A stretch of DNA of 64,000 nt. It comes from Hydrolagus affinis. Taxonomy: Eukaryota. Under the pieces are notes generated by a model. The model was given only the letters and a program-made list of their open reading frames with translations, did not search any database and had not been told where the DNA came from. Positions 12,340 through 25,489 of the stretch are shown here, one piece after another. Position 1 is the first letter of the stretch, and every line of letters begins with the position of its first letter. The translations under genes were made by a program, and so were the position numbers. The stretch covers positions 1-64,000 of the forward strand of contig JAAILG010001041.1 of the NCBI GenBank assembly GCA_012026655.1. The letters are read 5' to 3'.

Positions 12340-13876
12340 TTACTGAGATGCCCACAAGGTGAGGTTCTGCCACAATTAGATCTATGAGTATTATTGAATA
12401 TGAGGATGATTTGCTTGCAGCGTATCAGATTAATCTTAAGGTGTTGCCAAACTGGGCTGCAGAAATGCCAGGACTAAGGTAAAGGAGATAACCGTAGCTT
12501 TAATTATTTATCCAGCACATTATAATAGATGTGTCTTGTTTTCAGATGTCTCTAACATAGCTTTCATTCAGAGAGTTGTTTATTAAGGGCTCACTTTCAC
12601 ATCTACATTATCTCTCCTTCAAAGCTAGCTTGGTTTTGTATTTTTTTTTGCTAGCCCACCAAGTGTTAAATTGATTGCATCGATATCATTGCTTTATCAA
12701 ACCAACTGGCCTTGTGTCTTTTCAAAAGATTACATGATTGTTTGCCTGACCTGTGCAAGTTGAGTTGAAAGTTATCAATACCTAAGCACCACAGCAGGTG
12801 TTCTCGATCAATACAGTTATGACAATGTCCCAAGAAAGGAAAAAAAATCACTCTAGTGTCAGTACTACGTCATGGAACGTTTGTGCGAATTCACAATTTT
12901 CTCACAAATGTACATTATTTGTGCGTAAAACAATCTGACAAATGTGTGTGTTGTGTATGCATGCCACCAGTGAAAATAAGCACATTTTCTAATTTTTTAA
13001 AAACGAATCTGTGAGATTGTCCATTATAAGGGAATATTCTAATGCAAACCGTCCGCCTCAAAAACTGGTAGTTTCTGCTTTTAAATTCATTCAGCTTTGA
13101 CCTAGACCTTTCCTTATTTGCTGTTCCTCATGCTCAGTGTATTGTACAGCCTTGTTTTGATGAGAATTTATCCCTAATCTAAGATTATTAATGCCCTGTG
13201 TTTTACTAGGGGAGAAAAAATGTGTAAACAAGGCCACTTTTTCCATTGTCCTTTTGTACCTATTCTGACAGCTTTGCAGTCCAACCTTGTAGGATTGCAA
13301 GAAGCCAAAGAGTCATTAATTTTTATCTGTGACTGTCTGTAGGTTTTAATTCATCCTCACTGCTTATGGCGCTACCAATTATATGTCATAAGTGGTTGTA
13401 TATGCTGGAATAGCAATAGGCTGATGAATCACTGCTGCACCCATGATTAGTATGCACAAGGCTGCACACTACTAAAACATCTGGCATTCCAATGACCCTG
13501 AGCCAGCCTGGTCAAGAGGACTGGACAAGAATTCAATATGGATTGCTTTAATTAAGCTCCTAAGCACACAAATGCCAAGAAACAACTCCATCATTTAGAC
13601 AAACTCTGGGAAAAAAAAATGAAGTCTGCAATGGAAGAAGCATTGGAAAAAATAGAAGGTTTTTATCCCTGATATTTCTCCTCCGACCCTTACGTTCTAA
13701 TTTAGTGGAGGTTCTGTGATTTCTTGCCTATCTATTTAGCTCCTTTATTGAAGGACGGTAAATTATTTAAATACCGAATGAATTTTCTGTAATGCCTCTT
13801 TGCATTTCTAAAATCTATCAAAATAATAACTTTAGTTGCATTCCTTTTGAATTGCGTGAAACGTTATGATATTCAG

Positions 13877-13907
<31 letters not shown>

Positions 13908-13910
13908 AGA
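13877..13910. repeat. (GA)n microsatellite
   Basis: Read directly from the sequence. Confidence 0.95.
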
Positions 13911-15724
13911 GTAAGGCAGACAGCTTCTGCCTGGACTTGTGTGAGTTCGATTTTCTCCTGTACATCTGAATTTAGCGTCTGTCAGTTACAAAGGCACTGA
14001 ACTTGTCTTTAAACATGGGTAGAATCCAGTTAGTGGGTAATACACTATAATAGGCTGATCAATACTCATTATGACCTAAATGTCTGACCAAAGATACAAC
14101 TATATATATTGGAAATACAGCCGCCAAGGCTAGGTGCCTTATTCCACCTGCTATTCTTTATTTTCTGGTGCAGGTCACTATCAGTGAATGGTCATTCTTC
14201 ATTAACGTGATACTAAAGCGCAACATTTGGATTGTCTGTACCATTCCACCACTGCATTCCCCAGAATAGTCAGCTGCGTGGTCTATACGGTCTGGAGGCT
14301 GCTGTGTAAGTGCGTACAGTATTTAGATTTTTTTTCCCCCCGAAAATAAAGTCAAAACAACCCCACTGCTCTTTGGGGTGGAAGACTGTTCTGTTAAGAG
14401 CGCCACAAAAGGATCAACTTGATTTAAGTGCGCAGTTTTGCAGTAAATATACTCCACCCGCATTCAAGCAGCAGATTAATGGTCCACATTCCCACCTTTT
14501 CCTAATGCTAATGCACTCATTATTTGTCAAAATGTGTCACTTTCCCAGCTCTTGCGTCACTTAACCCTACAGGCGATGCTGTGCTAAACTCTTTAGTACC
14601 CTATTTATACTTGTGCTAGAAATTCAGATTTGTTTTGAATATCTAGGAGGCTCCCAACAACCGAGCACGTGTGGCTGCTAGGTAGGTGTAATGACACCGT
14701 TTAGATTTTTTCCAATTTTGTGCGAGATGTTTAAAAAGAAGGAAGTTTGCAGAGTAAAGCAAATCACACAGACCTTGTGGACTTAAATATATTTGTCCAC
14801 GGGTAATTTAATTTAAATCGAATAATTCCCACTTCATGCCCCCCCACACCGCGCGCACACAAGCATACATGCACACACACATATATACAAAATAAGTCCT
14901 AGCCCAAATAAGCTGGGAGGCTTCAGCCTGAAGATAGCTGTCTTGGATGGGGTGTTCTCGAGGTTTTGTAAGATGAGATAGGGAAAGGGAACCTGCAAGA
15001 GGATACTTTGAGATGCAGCACTGCCACTTGAGAAGAGGTCATGAGTCAGGGTTTTGGAGAGCAATTTCAGGACAGCTCCAGGATGTAGTTCTTTACACAG
15101 TGGGCAATTCCCAGTTGGAATTACTTACCAGGAAAGCAAGGACAGTGGACTCTTCCAAAATAGCTTGTTCAAATGGTAACATTGTAGGTTTGGAAAGGGG
15201 AAATCAAATGAGAAGTTTATTAGGTGGGAAGATAAATATCTCAACAACAAATTTCACCACATTACGTAAATAAGGGGTCTGTCTCCTTGCTAATTGCGGT
15301 ATTGGTGGTGTGACAACCTTGGGGTAAAACATTTCCTATACGAGATGAAACGCAGACTGGCACAGTACCTTCAGCAAACTTGTCAGCGGTGATGCCATAA
15401 TGTCCTAATTCTGCACAGGAAGCTGTTAGCAGAGTGCATTTTACCCCCAAACCGCTCTTGATTTATCTTACTTCACATTTGCTATTAAAGTATTAGTTTT
15501 CCTTATTAAGGATTTTTGTTGTTGTTGCAGCGAGGACTTAACAATGGCCCAATGCTCCACAGTGGCTACTTTAGAATGATTGAAATAGCTATTTCATTAG
15601 TCTTAAAAACATAGAGATTTAGTGGTTGGAACCCTTTTATCTATGTTCCAGACTGGTAAACATGGGATAATCTGTGCAGGGGTGAGCTGAAACTGACTAA
15701 AAGGGGAGCGAGAGTTAGCAGCCA

Positions 15725-15852
15725 TAATAATGATAATAATAATCCTCACATTTGATTTAGCACCTTATCACACTGTTGAGACGTCTTCGAATATATACAG
15801 TAGTAAAGTGAATTGACTGTGTATTTTGTGGGCAAAACACGGCAGTCAATCT
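15725..15852 (-). mobile_element. SINE 3' end
   Basis: (AAT)n-CCTCACATTTGATTTAGCACC...GAGACGTCT...GTGAATTGACTGTGTATTTTGTGGGC. Confidence 0.75.
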
Positions 15853-16964
15853 CAGTGTCCTCATGTGTAAATTGATTGACTGGACCCTAATTGAAGAGAT
15901 GTCACGTGATTTACATTGGGATATTCTGTGTTACTTTAATGTGAATGTAAGGGTCTTTTTTCCATGAATTTGCAGTTGAATTTATGTGACTCACTGAGCC
16001 TATACTCAACGTTCCAAATTGTCCTACAGAATTAGTTGTTCTCTGAGCCATTATTTTTTTGTGTGTTAGTTTTTTTGATCGGTGAAGCGATTTGAAATTA
16101 ATTAACACCTATTTCCCTAGAGTCGCTGAAATACTCTTGTTACAACAATTGAAGAGGATCAAACTCACCGTTCTCCCCCACCCACCCCACCCCCCCACAA
16201 CCACTCAACCTTCTCTTCGACCCTCCCCCAAACCTCTAGATTTCAACAGAAACACACTCTCGCGCTTTCCTAGAGTATAGGAAAACTTAAAAACAAGAAC
16301 ATGTTCCACAAAGCAGACTGACTGGATGTACAGAGGCCATGTTGGATATAAGGCAGATGGAAAAAGTTGACAGAGGCATGTCATTAGTGGAAGCCTATGC
16401 AAGAAATATGAAGGATTAAGTGTTGAAGGGTGGTGTGCTAGTGAAGGTCAACCTCAGAAATACTACCAATATTATTCAACCAGAGTTTTTATCATGTGGA
16501 TGTATTCGTACGCCATTGCTTGCTCAGGCTGTTTAACCTCTCTGGTCTATTCAAAATAATGTGTGTGTTTTTTTAAAAAAACTATCTTTTGCTTCAAAGT
16601 ATGTAGAATACACAAAGTACTACATTTTCTGCAGAGAAATTTGAAATTTATTTCACCCGTGAATGCTCACAGTCATGCTGGCTTGTGAAATACAGTACAT
16701 CCAAATTCTACTGCCTGATGTACAATTTTCTATATTATAGTGTTACACTTTTAGATTGTGATGTGCACCATTTGGGGGGATAACCAACCTACTCAATGAG
16801 CTTTCCAAGCTACTGCTGTATCCACACCAGTAATCAGTCTTCTCTCTGATAGACTGGGCAGCCCACGAGCTGGACAATACTGCTAAACATTGGTTAAATG
16901 ACAGGGATGTTACTCTTTGCTCCAATTAAACTAAACTGAAAGGGGTGGGGCAATTTGTGCATCA

Positions 16965-17173
16965 TTACTATTTGAAAAGAGAAGGGAGTTTCTCCCAGTG
17001 TCCTGGCCAAGAATCTACCCACTAAAATCGATCATAGCTGTGTGTGCTCAAATTAGCTGTTGCAATAGCCTACAATTACACAGTCACTACACTTTACAGT
17101 AAAATCCTGTGTAGCACATTGACATGTTTCAGCAACGTGTTAAGGTGCTGTTTTAATGCAAGGATTATATTAT
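16965..17173 (+). mobile_element. Deu-domain SINE 3' half
   Basis: ACTATTTGAAAAGAGAAGGGAGTTTCTCCCAGTGTCCTGGCCAA through AATGCAAGGATTAT. Confidence 0.75.
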
Positions 17174-17899
17174 AGATACAAATAAACTTTTTTTTACTAT
17201 GTTCAATTTATTTATCTTTTAACAATAGAACATCACCCTACAGAACGCTATTTAACTGATTTTTGAATAAACCTCATACAGTACCCAGATTCCCAATTAA
17301 CACCTTTGAGCTAAAGCCATTTTTACAGTTTCTTCCATCATTTCCTCACCCCTGTCAGATCTGAAACAATGGAAGCTGTTTTTACTCCTGGCATTGCATC
17401 TTTCTACAGTCATAAAGACTTTTTAACACATACCCAGCTCTTAAAGGCAATGGTCTGATTAAAGTATCTGTTAACCATGTCATATGTTGCCACGTTTAGT
17501 ATAATTGTCATCTTGAGTGTCTGACCATCTCCCTCAGAGGACGGTAGGAGGAAATTTGGGAGGAAACCATTCACACAGTGAGCAAAGAGTTCTTACAGGC
17601 TCATCAAAAGGTTCCTGGTTCAAGCACAAGATTTTTTACGAAGCAAATCTGATTTTTCTACTTTCTTTGCTGGTAAATGAAAGTCCATATTTTTAGCGCT
17701 ACTTTTTTTTTAATTTAAATTTGGTTCAATCTCTCGTCATCATACATATGTTAGCCGAGCATTTTTAAATTGCTGTCTCGCTCGAGCTCACGCTGTCTTA
17801 TGTTCTTAAACATTTCTAAGGTTGGGTCAAAGGAGGCGCAGTGCTAGCCATTGGCTCACTGTGTGACATTCACAGAGCATTCCAGTTCACAGTCATCAT

Positions 17900-18370
17900 T
17901 TTAATAGTGGACCTGAGATATGTTTCCATGTGAACCGACCGTCACGTTTCCGTAGCAACAAGAGGAGTACCACTACATGGATGAATTTTATATAGCAAAG
18001 CCTTGCACCTAAGCACTAATGATAAGATTCAGCAGTTTTATTGCATAAAATTAATGTAAACAAGCATCAAATAACCCAAGACACTTTCATAATTGATTAA
18101 TGCAGCCTGCAGAAAGTTCCATTACCTTTTGTTTAGCTCAAGGGATCTGACTCACTGGAATCCATCGCTGAAACTAATTACAACATATAATTAAACTGTG
18201 ACATGAAGATATTATACCGTTAGTTTACTAATGGCACGGGTAAACCATACAGTGGCTCAAGACAGTAATTATGCCTCATATATTATTTATCCTTTTGCTA
18301 AATGAGCCCCTGACATTTTCAAAAAATTACTTGGGGCTTGTTAATTGTTCGAAGCAGCCCTTAATGCTAA
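17900..18370. promoter_or_regulatory. Candidate enhancer/conserved non-coding element with tandem RFX X-box-like sites
   Basis: GTTTCCATGTGAAC (17922-17935) and GTTTCCGTAGCAAC (17946-17959), followed by many TAAT/TAATTA homeodomain cores and a forkhead-like TGTAAACA. Repeat-free. Conservation not tested. Confidence 0.35.
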
Positions 18371-18577
18371 GAGAAGTCCACTTCTATACTTTTTTTAAAT
18401 TATAAAAACAACAAAAATCTCCTCTAAGATTTCAGTGACACACACAGCTCACATATTTCTGATTGAATCCTACAGGAAATGCTAACATTTAGAAACCCTT
18501 TGCACCAATTGTTTTTGTTGGACTGCCTTGTTGTTTAAATTTGTTAAGACATGGTATACAACAGGTGCTTTTTTTTT

Positions 18578-18581
<4 letters not shown>

Positions 18582-18640
<59 letters not shown>
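18582..18640. repeat. (CA)n microsatellite, about 29 units
   Basis: Read directly from the sequence. Confidence 0.95.
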
Positions 18641-18642
<2 letters not shown>

Positions 18643-19998
18643 ACTGGTCCGTAACCTTTCAATAACCCCGTGAGTAATGCTATCTGCCGACAGTCATCAG
18701 ATGCACTGGCAGTCCACTTGAGATGCATTTTAATTTCTTATGAGTGTAATGGCATCCAGGTTTCATAATTATGTTTTTCTTCTGCACTGATCAAATACAG
18801 CTTTAACGGCTTACTGATGCCAAGCACTCAGCCAAGCTCCACAACAGTAGGAAGGACAGAAGCCAATGTCACCAAGTGAGATTCAAAACTGCAGTACTCA
18901 TTGCCTTTGATTTTTGCGCCCATTGCTTACAGCAGCAAGCTGGGACACTTGGAATTAGGTGCGATTTTCATGCTTAAAATTGTAATAAAGCAGACGGCAG
19001 AGATTAGCAATGACTAGCCTTCTGTGCACTGATAAAAGTGATGGGAAGCTTTCATCCTGTGTGTGATCCCTGCAGGCAGCAGCGAGGAGGGGAAGGGGGA
19101 AGAGGGAGTGTGATTGCAGTAAGCATTTGGCGATTTCAGAGTGGCACTTTGTTTACGAAAGCAAATTTCTCACGACGTGTGATGTTTCAATATGGTATCG
19201 TTTTAATTTTAAAGAGAGAGCAAATTCGTCAGGAAATTATGTTTATTACGATTCAAGGCGTGTTTAAAGAAGTGCATTTCACGGGTTGTATGTCGTCTGG
19301 ACGCTGAGTGAAGCTTGTGTCTGGATAGTCCCGACGCCTCCCTTCGTGCCTGTCAACTTGGGTGCTTACTGCACATGCTTCAATTGGAGAAATCACCGTT
19401 GCGTGAACTCTTGCTGGGACCAAACAGGAAAAGGATGATTTTTTTTCACATGTAGAACGCATGCATTGTTCACCTCACACGCGCTGCTTCTCAGTGAATG
19501 GAATGGCAAGTGGAAGCTCATCAGTTTTCAAGTGGAGGTGGCCTGACAGACACACAGGACTCTCATTCCACACTGCCAGCCACCGGTGCCTATGTACAGC
19601 CATTTGCAACCACTGATTTGTCATGCACAGACTCTGGCACATCTACTCTGCGATAACCCATCATACTTGTCACCAGGTAGCTCAAAATAAATTTTTTTTA
19701 AATACAGGCAGCCCTCCTTCGCAGTCCAAAGCAGACATTTGGCAAGCTGCTGTCCCCAGAATACTAAAGAAGAGGCACCTTTCTGCCAATGAAAATCTCA
19801 TTAGCTTCAGGACTTGACCAGTCCACTTCAGCGGGCTTGACAAAGACAACCCACTTTATGTGACGTGTTTAGTTGGAAACCAAGCGCTTTGAAACCCATG
19901 GAATCTGAAGTTGGAGCCAAGCATTGCAGCTCGCAATGCTAATGACAGTCCTTGTGTTTGATGCATCGCGCCTGAAAGCGCTTCCCGGGATTTTCCCG

Positions 19999-20293
19999 GG
20001 AGCACTCGACTTACTAGCGAGACACCTGTGTTCAGTTCCAGGCAGGGCAAAACCTTGGGCAAGTTTCCTTGCTCCAGCCTGATAATAATCCCTCAAAAAA
20101 CAAACAATAATAAATTGGTCATTTCAATCCACGACTGTTTGTGGGACACTGCTGTGCGCAATTGGCTACTGTGTTTCACCCACAAAAATACAATCAATTC
20201 ACTTGACAGTATATTCTGTGAAGTGCTTTGAGACATCTAGAAGTTGTGAAAAGCGCTATATCAAACGTGAGGATTATTATTACTATTATTATT
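19999..20293 (+). mobile_element. Short-form tRNA-derived SINE, 5' end clipped
   Basis: Colinear with the reverse complements of 36617-36932 and 31901-32154: ...GGGCAAAACCTTGGGCAAGTTTCCTT...GTGAAAAGCGCTATATCAAA...(TTA)n. Confidence 0.9.
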
Positions 20294-21275
20294 GTGAAGT
20301 GTAGTGCCTGTGTATTTGTGAGAAAGCTCAACAAAGACAGTGAGAGGCAGACATAAGAGGGGAGGTAGCAGCATTGGTACATGGCTTTGCTTTGGGACTT
20401 TACTGCTATTAGCCTCAGGATCATCATTGGTGGAAGTCATTTTTGATGTGCCATTTTGCAGTTGTATTTTTGATTGAAAAAAGATTTATGAGGAGTTGGC
20501 TTGGCAGATATACTATTTTTCCCCATGCAGCTGGAGGGGCTGGGTGGGAGTAGAAGTAGTGCTGGGATCTTTTGATGTTTATGGGTGAGGTTAAGAGATT
20601 TTGCCTTCACTACGTGAGCTGTGTCTCTTTCGCAGCTCTATAGATTGGAGCTTCATCAATACAGCATGTATTTTTTGGTGGGGGGGTGGGGAGAGGAGGG
20701 GGAGAAATGGGGGGAGGAGTGTGCAAGTGGTAGAAGGAGGGGAAGGAAGTTTCCATGTCTGCTAATGTTTGTTAAAATAAATTGCAAAGTTAACACTTCA
20801 TACGGTTTCAGCTGGTTGTACGTTAAGAGAGATAGTTTACTAAATTCCTCGCAATTTCCAGCCAGATTAATTAAAGCAAATGAAATATTAAAACAAACTA
20901 AACAACTTCCAGGCACCATCTGGGGTTTGAATACAAAAATTCAGTCAAGTTGAATCGCGTCACCATTTATGAAGTCAAAGGTTCATAGGCTGTGCCCAGC
21001 AATGAGTCCTGAAAAATGCACATTCTTTTCAAAAAATAAAACGGAACCCTCTGAAAAGTGGTTTACTCTTATCTCAGCCACAAAAAGTTGCCATTTTTAT
21101 GGTTCGTCCACGTGAAACCCAATAGCAATGTTTGGTTTTTGGACGATCAAAGGGAAATTTTCACTATTCTGATAAGCAGTTGAACCGATTCCCGATTAAA
21201 GATTGCTTACAAGGTCGGATTGATCAAATAGTCTAAATTAAGATCGCTCAACCAGATTTACATTTATCTGGGTGT

Positions 21276-21404
21276 AATTGGCTGCCTCGTTTGGCCCACA
21301 AAATACACAGTCAATCCAATTTACAATAGATCCTGTGACGTGCTTTGAGACTTCTCAGTGGCTTGATGAGGCACTATATCAAATGCAAGGATTTTTATTA
21401 TTAT
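21276..21404 (+). mobile_element. SINE 3' end
   Basis: AATTGGCTGCC...CCCACAAAATACACAGTC...CTATATCAAATGCAAGGATT(TTA)n. Confidence 0.8.
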
Positions 21405-21877
21405 CCTTACAATGTGTTTCTCCAATCTTTCTCATTTTAACTGTCGCAGCTGTGGCCTGGTCCTGTAGTAGATTTACTTGTGTTCCTGTATTTTTAAATT
21501 GTAAGAACGCCACACGATCCACGTGGAATAAATCTTTTACAGAGCCTGAAAAGGCAGCGTCTCCTCAGTGTACTTTAATTTAGTTTTGCTTTCTGGACAG
21601 CTTTTGTTACCCCCTCACTCAATTCTTCTTCCTCAGTCTTTCGTCAGTCTTCTCTCTGAAACCATTTTGCGTCAGATTTATTCTCTGAAATCTAGGAGGA
21701 ACTTTTTGATGGGGCTAATAATTGGGACAGCTGGGTCGTAACAATTGCCCTTTGGAAATCCTAGACTGGGGACTGAGAAAAAATTATCTGCCCTTCCCAC
21801 TCCTGAGAAATCTTAAAATCTATCTATGTTTGGAAGCGTTTTTTTCTCTGTAGTTCCAGTGTTCTGGCAAAATAAAT

Positions 21878-21955
21878 TTACAGCACAGAAGACCATTTGG
21901 CCGATCGTGTCTGTGCTGACTCTTTGAAGAACAATCCTTTCCATCCCATTTACCT
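21878..21955 (-). mobile_element. CR1-type 3' tail remnant
   Basis: ACAGCACAGAAGACCATTTGGCCGATCGTGTCTGTGC, matching 47293-47340. Confidence 0.6.
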
Positions 21956-22959
21956 GCCTTTTGCTTTCTGTACCCCAAAGAGGTACTTCCTCAAGAGGTT
22001 TGACTGACTTAACTCAAGCATCTCATCACCTAGAATACTGGCATTTTGATGTTGACGTTGCTTATTACAATGAAAGGAGCCGTAATGGACCACTTGTGGC
22101 TCACAACACAGCCAGTCTAACCTGGTTTACAGTGCTTGTAACTTTCAGGTTTCATGGTATGTTTGCTCTAATGGTCTTGCTGCTTAATGTTTCCCCCTTT
22201 ACTGCAAGGGTTTCTTGAGGAGACACAGATAGCAATGGCTGTAATGCTCGTAAGGATTGCACACTGCAGTTTGCAGCAAACCTCCATAAGTTTAAGAGCT
22301 GAAATTGGGGAAGTGCAAATGTTCAGAATTGTTTGTGTGTTTGTACATGTCTGTGTGTGGGTGTGTGCGTGGGTGTGGTTGATTCTCATTGTCTTGAAGT
22401 AAAAGGAAATGCGGTTTCCGAATTTAAGAATTTAGCACAGTGTTACAATGGCCATGAGGCTAAACATGTGAAACATTTCAGGATTTTCTTTGATGATTTG
22501 GGGGTATCATTTTTGAGTTGGTGCAGTAGAAAGACACAAAAGTTTATATCCCTGATATAGCCACCACATTTTGCAGATGTTATCAGTTGAAGTGATATAC
22601 AAGGAGCAGCAATGTCAGTGCTGCTAATTTGGTGTGTTTGCTGTTTTAGATATTCAGCAGGCAGATTGCCCAGCTTCCAGATTAGTTTTCATGTGATATG
22701 ACATGTCGTATCACTTAGTAAGATTGACGTGGTGTCTGTGTTCTAAGATGCATTATTTAAAGTGTAAAGCTATCAGAGATCTGTAGCACTAATTACTTCT
22801 AAAGGTATATTAATCACACGACACTTTAATATGCAATCAATACATTAATCTGTCATTGACCTTGAAGAGAATCTTGACTTTAACTGTAGGTGTCCCGGCG
22901 GATCAACAACACTACTTCTGCTAAATAAAAGCTGGAAAGAACTATGCCAACTCTGTACT

Positions 22960-23200
22960 AACTGCAGTCAGCGCTGCACTCCCAGAGTCATGGGTTCGAG
23001 GCTAGGTGAGGGGAGAAGACATTTGGATTTTTGCACGGCTAACTGAAATGTGTGTAGTGAGTATACAGCTTGATTGCTTGACATGTGTTTGCTGGGTCTA
23101 TCTCAACTTGAGATCACAAATGGTAGCCCATTAGCCTACTTGCTCTGGGATGCTACCGGCATGAAGGGCACGATATAAATGCAAGTTGTTGCTGTTGTTG
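22960..23200 (+). mobile_element. Possible old SINE (tRNA-like head, L2-type TTG tail)
   Basis: B-box-like GGGTTCGAGGC near 22992; the tail GCTCTGGGATG...TGAAGGGCACGATATAAATGCAAG(TTG)n lies at about 23140-23200. Confidence 0.4.
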
Positions 23201-23569
23201 GAGCCCACTCGAACTTGCAGGCGGGTCTTAATGCAGTTTTACCGTTTTAATAATTTTTTCCCTGCAACGTACGTAGGCCTCGGATACTTGTGCGAGCACG
23301 TGTGCTGGAGACGGGTGAGATTATGGTGACAGTAAAGACTCTGCTGGCAGCAATGGACCTGTACATTGTGCTGTCGAAACGCTATTCACTAAACTTTAAT
23401 GATCGGCAAAGGGACACTTTGCAGGGAATCGAATTAAAGGAACTTCAACCTCCTTTTATTGACCCACAAACAGTACAAGTGCCACACTGCATTGCTATTG
23501 ATTTCCTTTCGTACGGCATGGCTGTTCTTTCCTTAATGCCCGCATGACAGCGAGAAGGGAGATGTCATT

Positions 23570-23716
23570 CCCTCCCCCCACCCCGCCTCAACTCCCCCCT
23601 CCCCCCACCCCGCCTCAACTCCCCCCTCCCCCACCCCACCTCAACTTGCCCCCTCCCCCTCCCCGCCTCAACTCCCCCCTCCCCCCCACCCGCCCGCCTC
23701 AACTCCCCCCTCCCCC
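23570..23716. repeat. C-rich minisatellite, about 27-bp unit x 5 (G-quadruplex-prone minus strand)
   Basis: The unit CCCCTCCCCCCACCCCGCCTCAACTCC recurs five times, anchored on CCTCAACT. Confidence 0.9.
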
Positions 23717-25112
23717 ATTTGAGATGGAGTTCCACCTTGGGTCATTTTCCAGACCCAGATAGAAGCAAGAATGCAATCGATGGACCTTGGTCAGCATGCT
23801 CAAGGATGCTCCTCAGTTCAACCCAAAGAAGGGGCCCGTCAAACCTCTGCTCCTGTCCAGGCAAGTCCACAGAGAGAAAACATAATCTGGGAATGACAAC
23901 AACTTGCATTTATGTAGCACCCCTCACACAGGATAGAGTATGACAGGGTGCTCATGTATCAAGGAATTGTGTGTCTCTAGCACGACTCTATGTAAGAGAA
24001 CAGAGGAGGTTTGAACTGATAGGTTTGTATTGTGTGTCTGCCAACAAAGAAACCCTTTGCTGTGTTGCTATGGAGTTGGAAGGTCCACTCATCTACACAC
24101 CTATCCTCTTGCCCGAACACGCGGACATCTTCGGCTACAAAGAGCGCAGAAATAGAGACAAGAGGTGGCAATCAATCTGCGTACTGAAGAGCTGTTTTAA
24201 GGGCTATCACGTAGGAGTATTCATAAAGGAGGAGTCTGATTGGCATTCAGGTGTGGGAAACCCCGCAATAAGCAGCTGTCCTTCACACTCCCAAGTGCTT
24301 TTGAACAAATCTCAACCTACAACAAAATCTGCAATTCAATGGCGATGATGGATGAGGAGTTTGTGTTCGCTGTGGGAGTTTGCACACCACTGTCATTTGA
24401 AGCACTTGGCTTTGCCTCATAACATCGGCATATTAATGCTCACAATATATGCACGCCTCCTCATTCATTACTGCCTTAATGCCCAAGATAATGCCAAATG
24501 CTCTGCTATTTATTTTTTGTTTAGTAAACTTGTCTCTGTTACAAAATTACCAGCCGTGTAGCCCTCGCCTAGGGTTGAAGTGGCATGGACCAAACTCCAT
24601 GAGGACTTTTCCTTGAACTTGTGTGATTGCGATCTTTCTCAGTGAGAACCGGTAAGCTTAATCATTTTATCGTGGTTGTTACTAAATAACGCTTGTATTT
24701 CTAATTCCCTCAATATGTGACTGGGAACCTGCGTATACTTGGCTGTTCAATGTCTCATTAAAATTTTCAGTTTGATGACCATATATTTGCTTGATGATTG
24801 TTATCGTGGCAATAAAGGAAGTGCAGTGTTCGAACTAGTTGGTCCAGTTTTGCATGAGCTGGTACTGTGAAGCAGTGGGTTGCTTATTCACACAAGGAGG
24901 TGTTGAACAGACACTGGTTCAAGGTTGAGGCAGTTGCACGCAGGGCGGGAAGGTGTCTCTTTATAAACTTTCAAAAGATGGAGCTGCATTATTCAGGGCC
25001 GGAATTAGAAATCTGTTTTTCCACCCTGTTGAATTACCTTTTACTGTCGCGCTGGTTTAGCGAGGCTAGAAATGATCCAGGTTAAAACTTCGGAGAGACG
25101 GGGAGATTGTCA

Positions 25113-25212
25113 NNNNNNNNNNNNNNNNNNNNNNNNNNNNNNNNNNNNNNNNNNNNNNNNNNNNNNNNNNNNNNNNNNNNNNNNNNNNNNNNNNNNNNNN
25201 NNNNNNNNNNNN
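25113..25212. other. Assembly gap (100 N) with identical 13-bp flanks
   Basis: GGGGAGATTGTCA at 25100-25112 and at 25213-25225. Confidence 0.95.
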
Positions 25213-25489
25213 GGGGAGATTGTCAAGGAAGTACTTTTCAACCGCTTCTGTATTCACTGATGATGGCAACTGGTATGTTGAACTCAGGGCATTCGTCGAC
25301 GGGTGCAAAATGTGGCTACAATTTCATAATGAAACCCAGTTCACTCCCTGCCCCTGACACACCCCCCCCCACCTTTTTTTCCCCACTTGGGCAAAGCCTT
25401 CAGAGATGTTATACTGGGTGAATGGTGCTTCGAAAATGCAAGCTGTTCTGTTTGTTGTCAGGCAATGAGCACCATCGTGCCATCTACTT

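Noticed and set aside
23544-23762. Proline-rich ORF
   Set aside because: It is the translation of a 27-bp C-rich minisatellite, with no splice or codon evidence.
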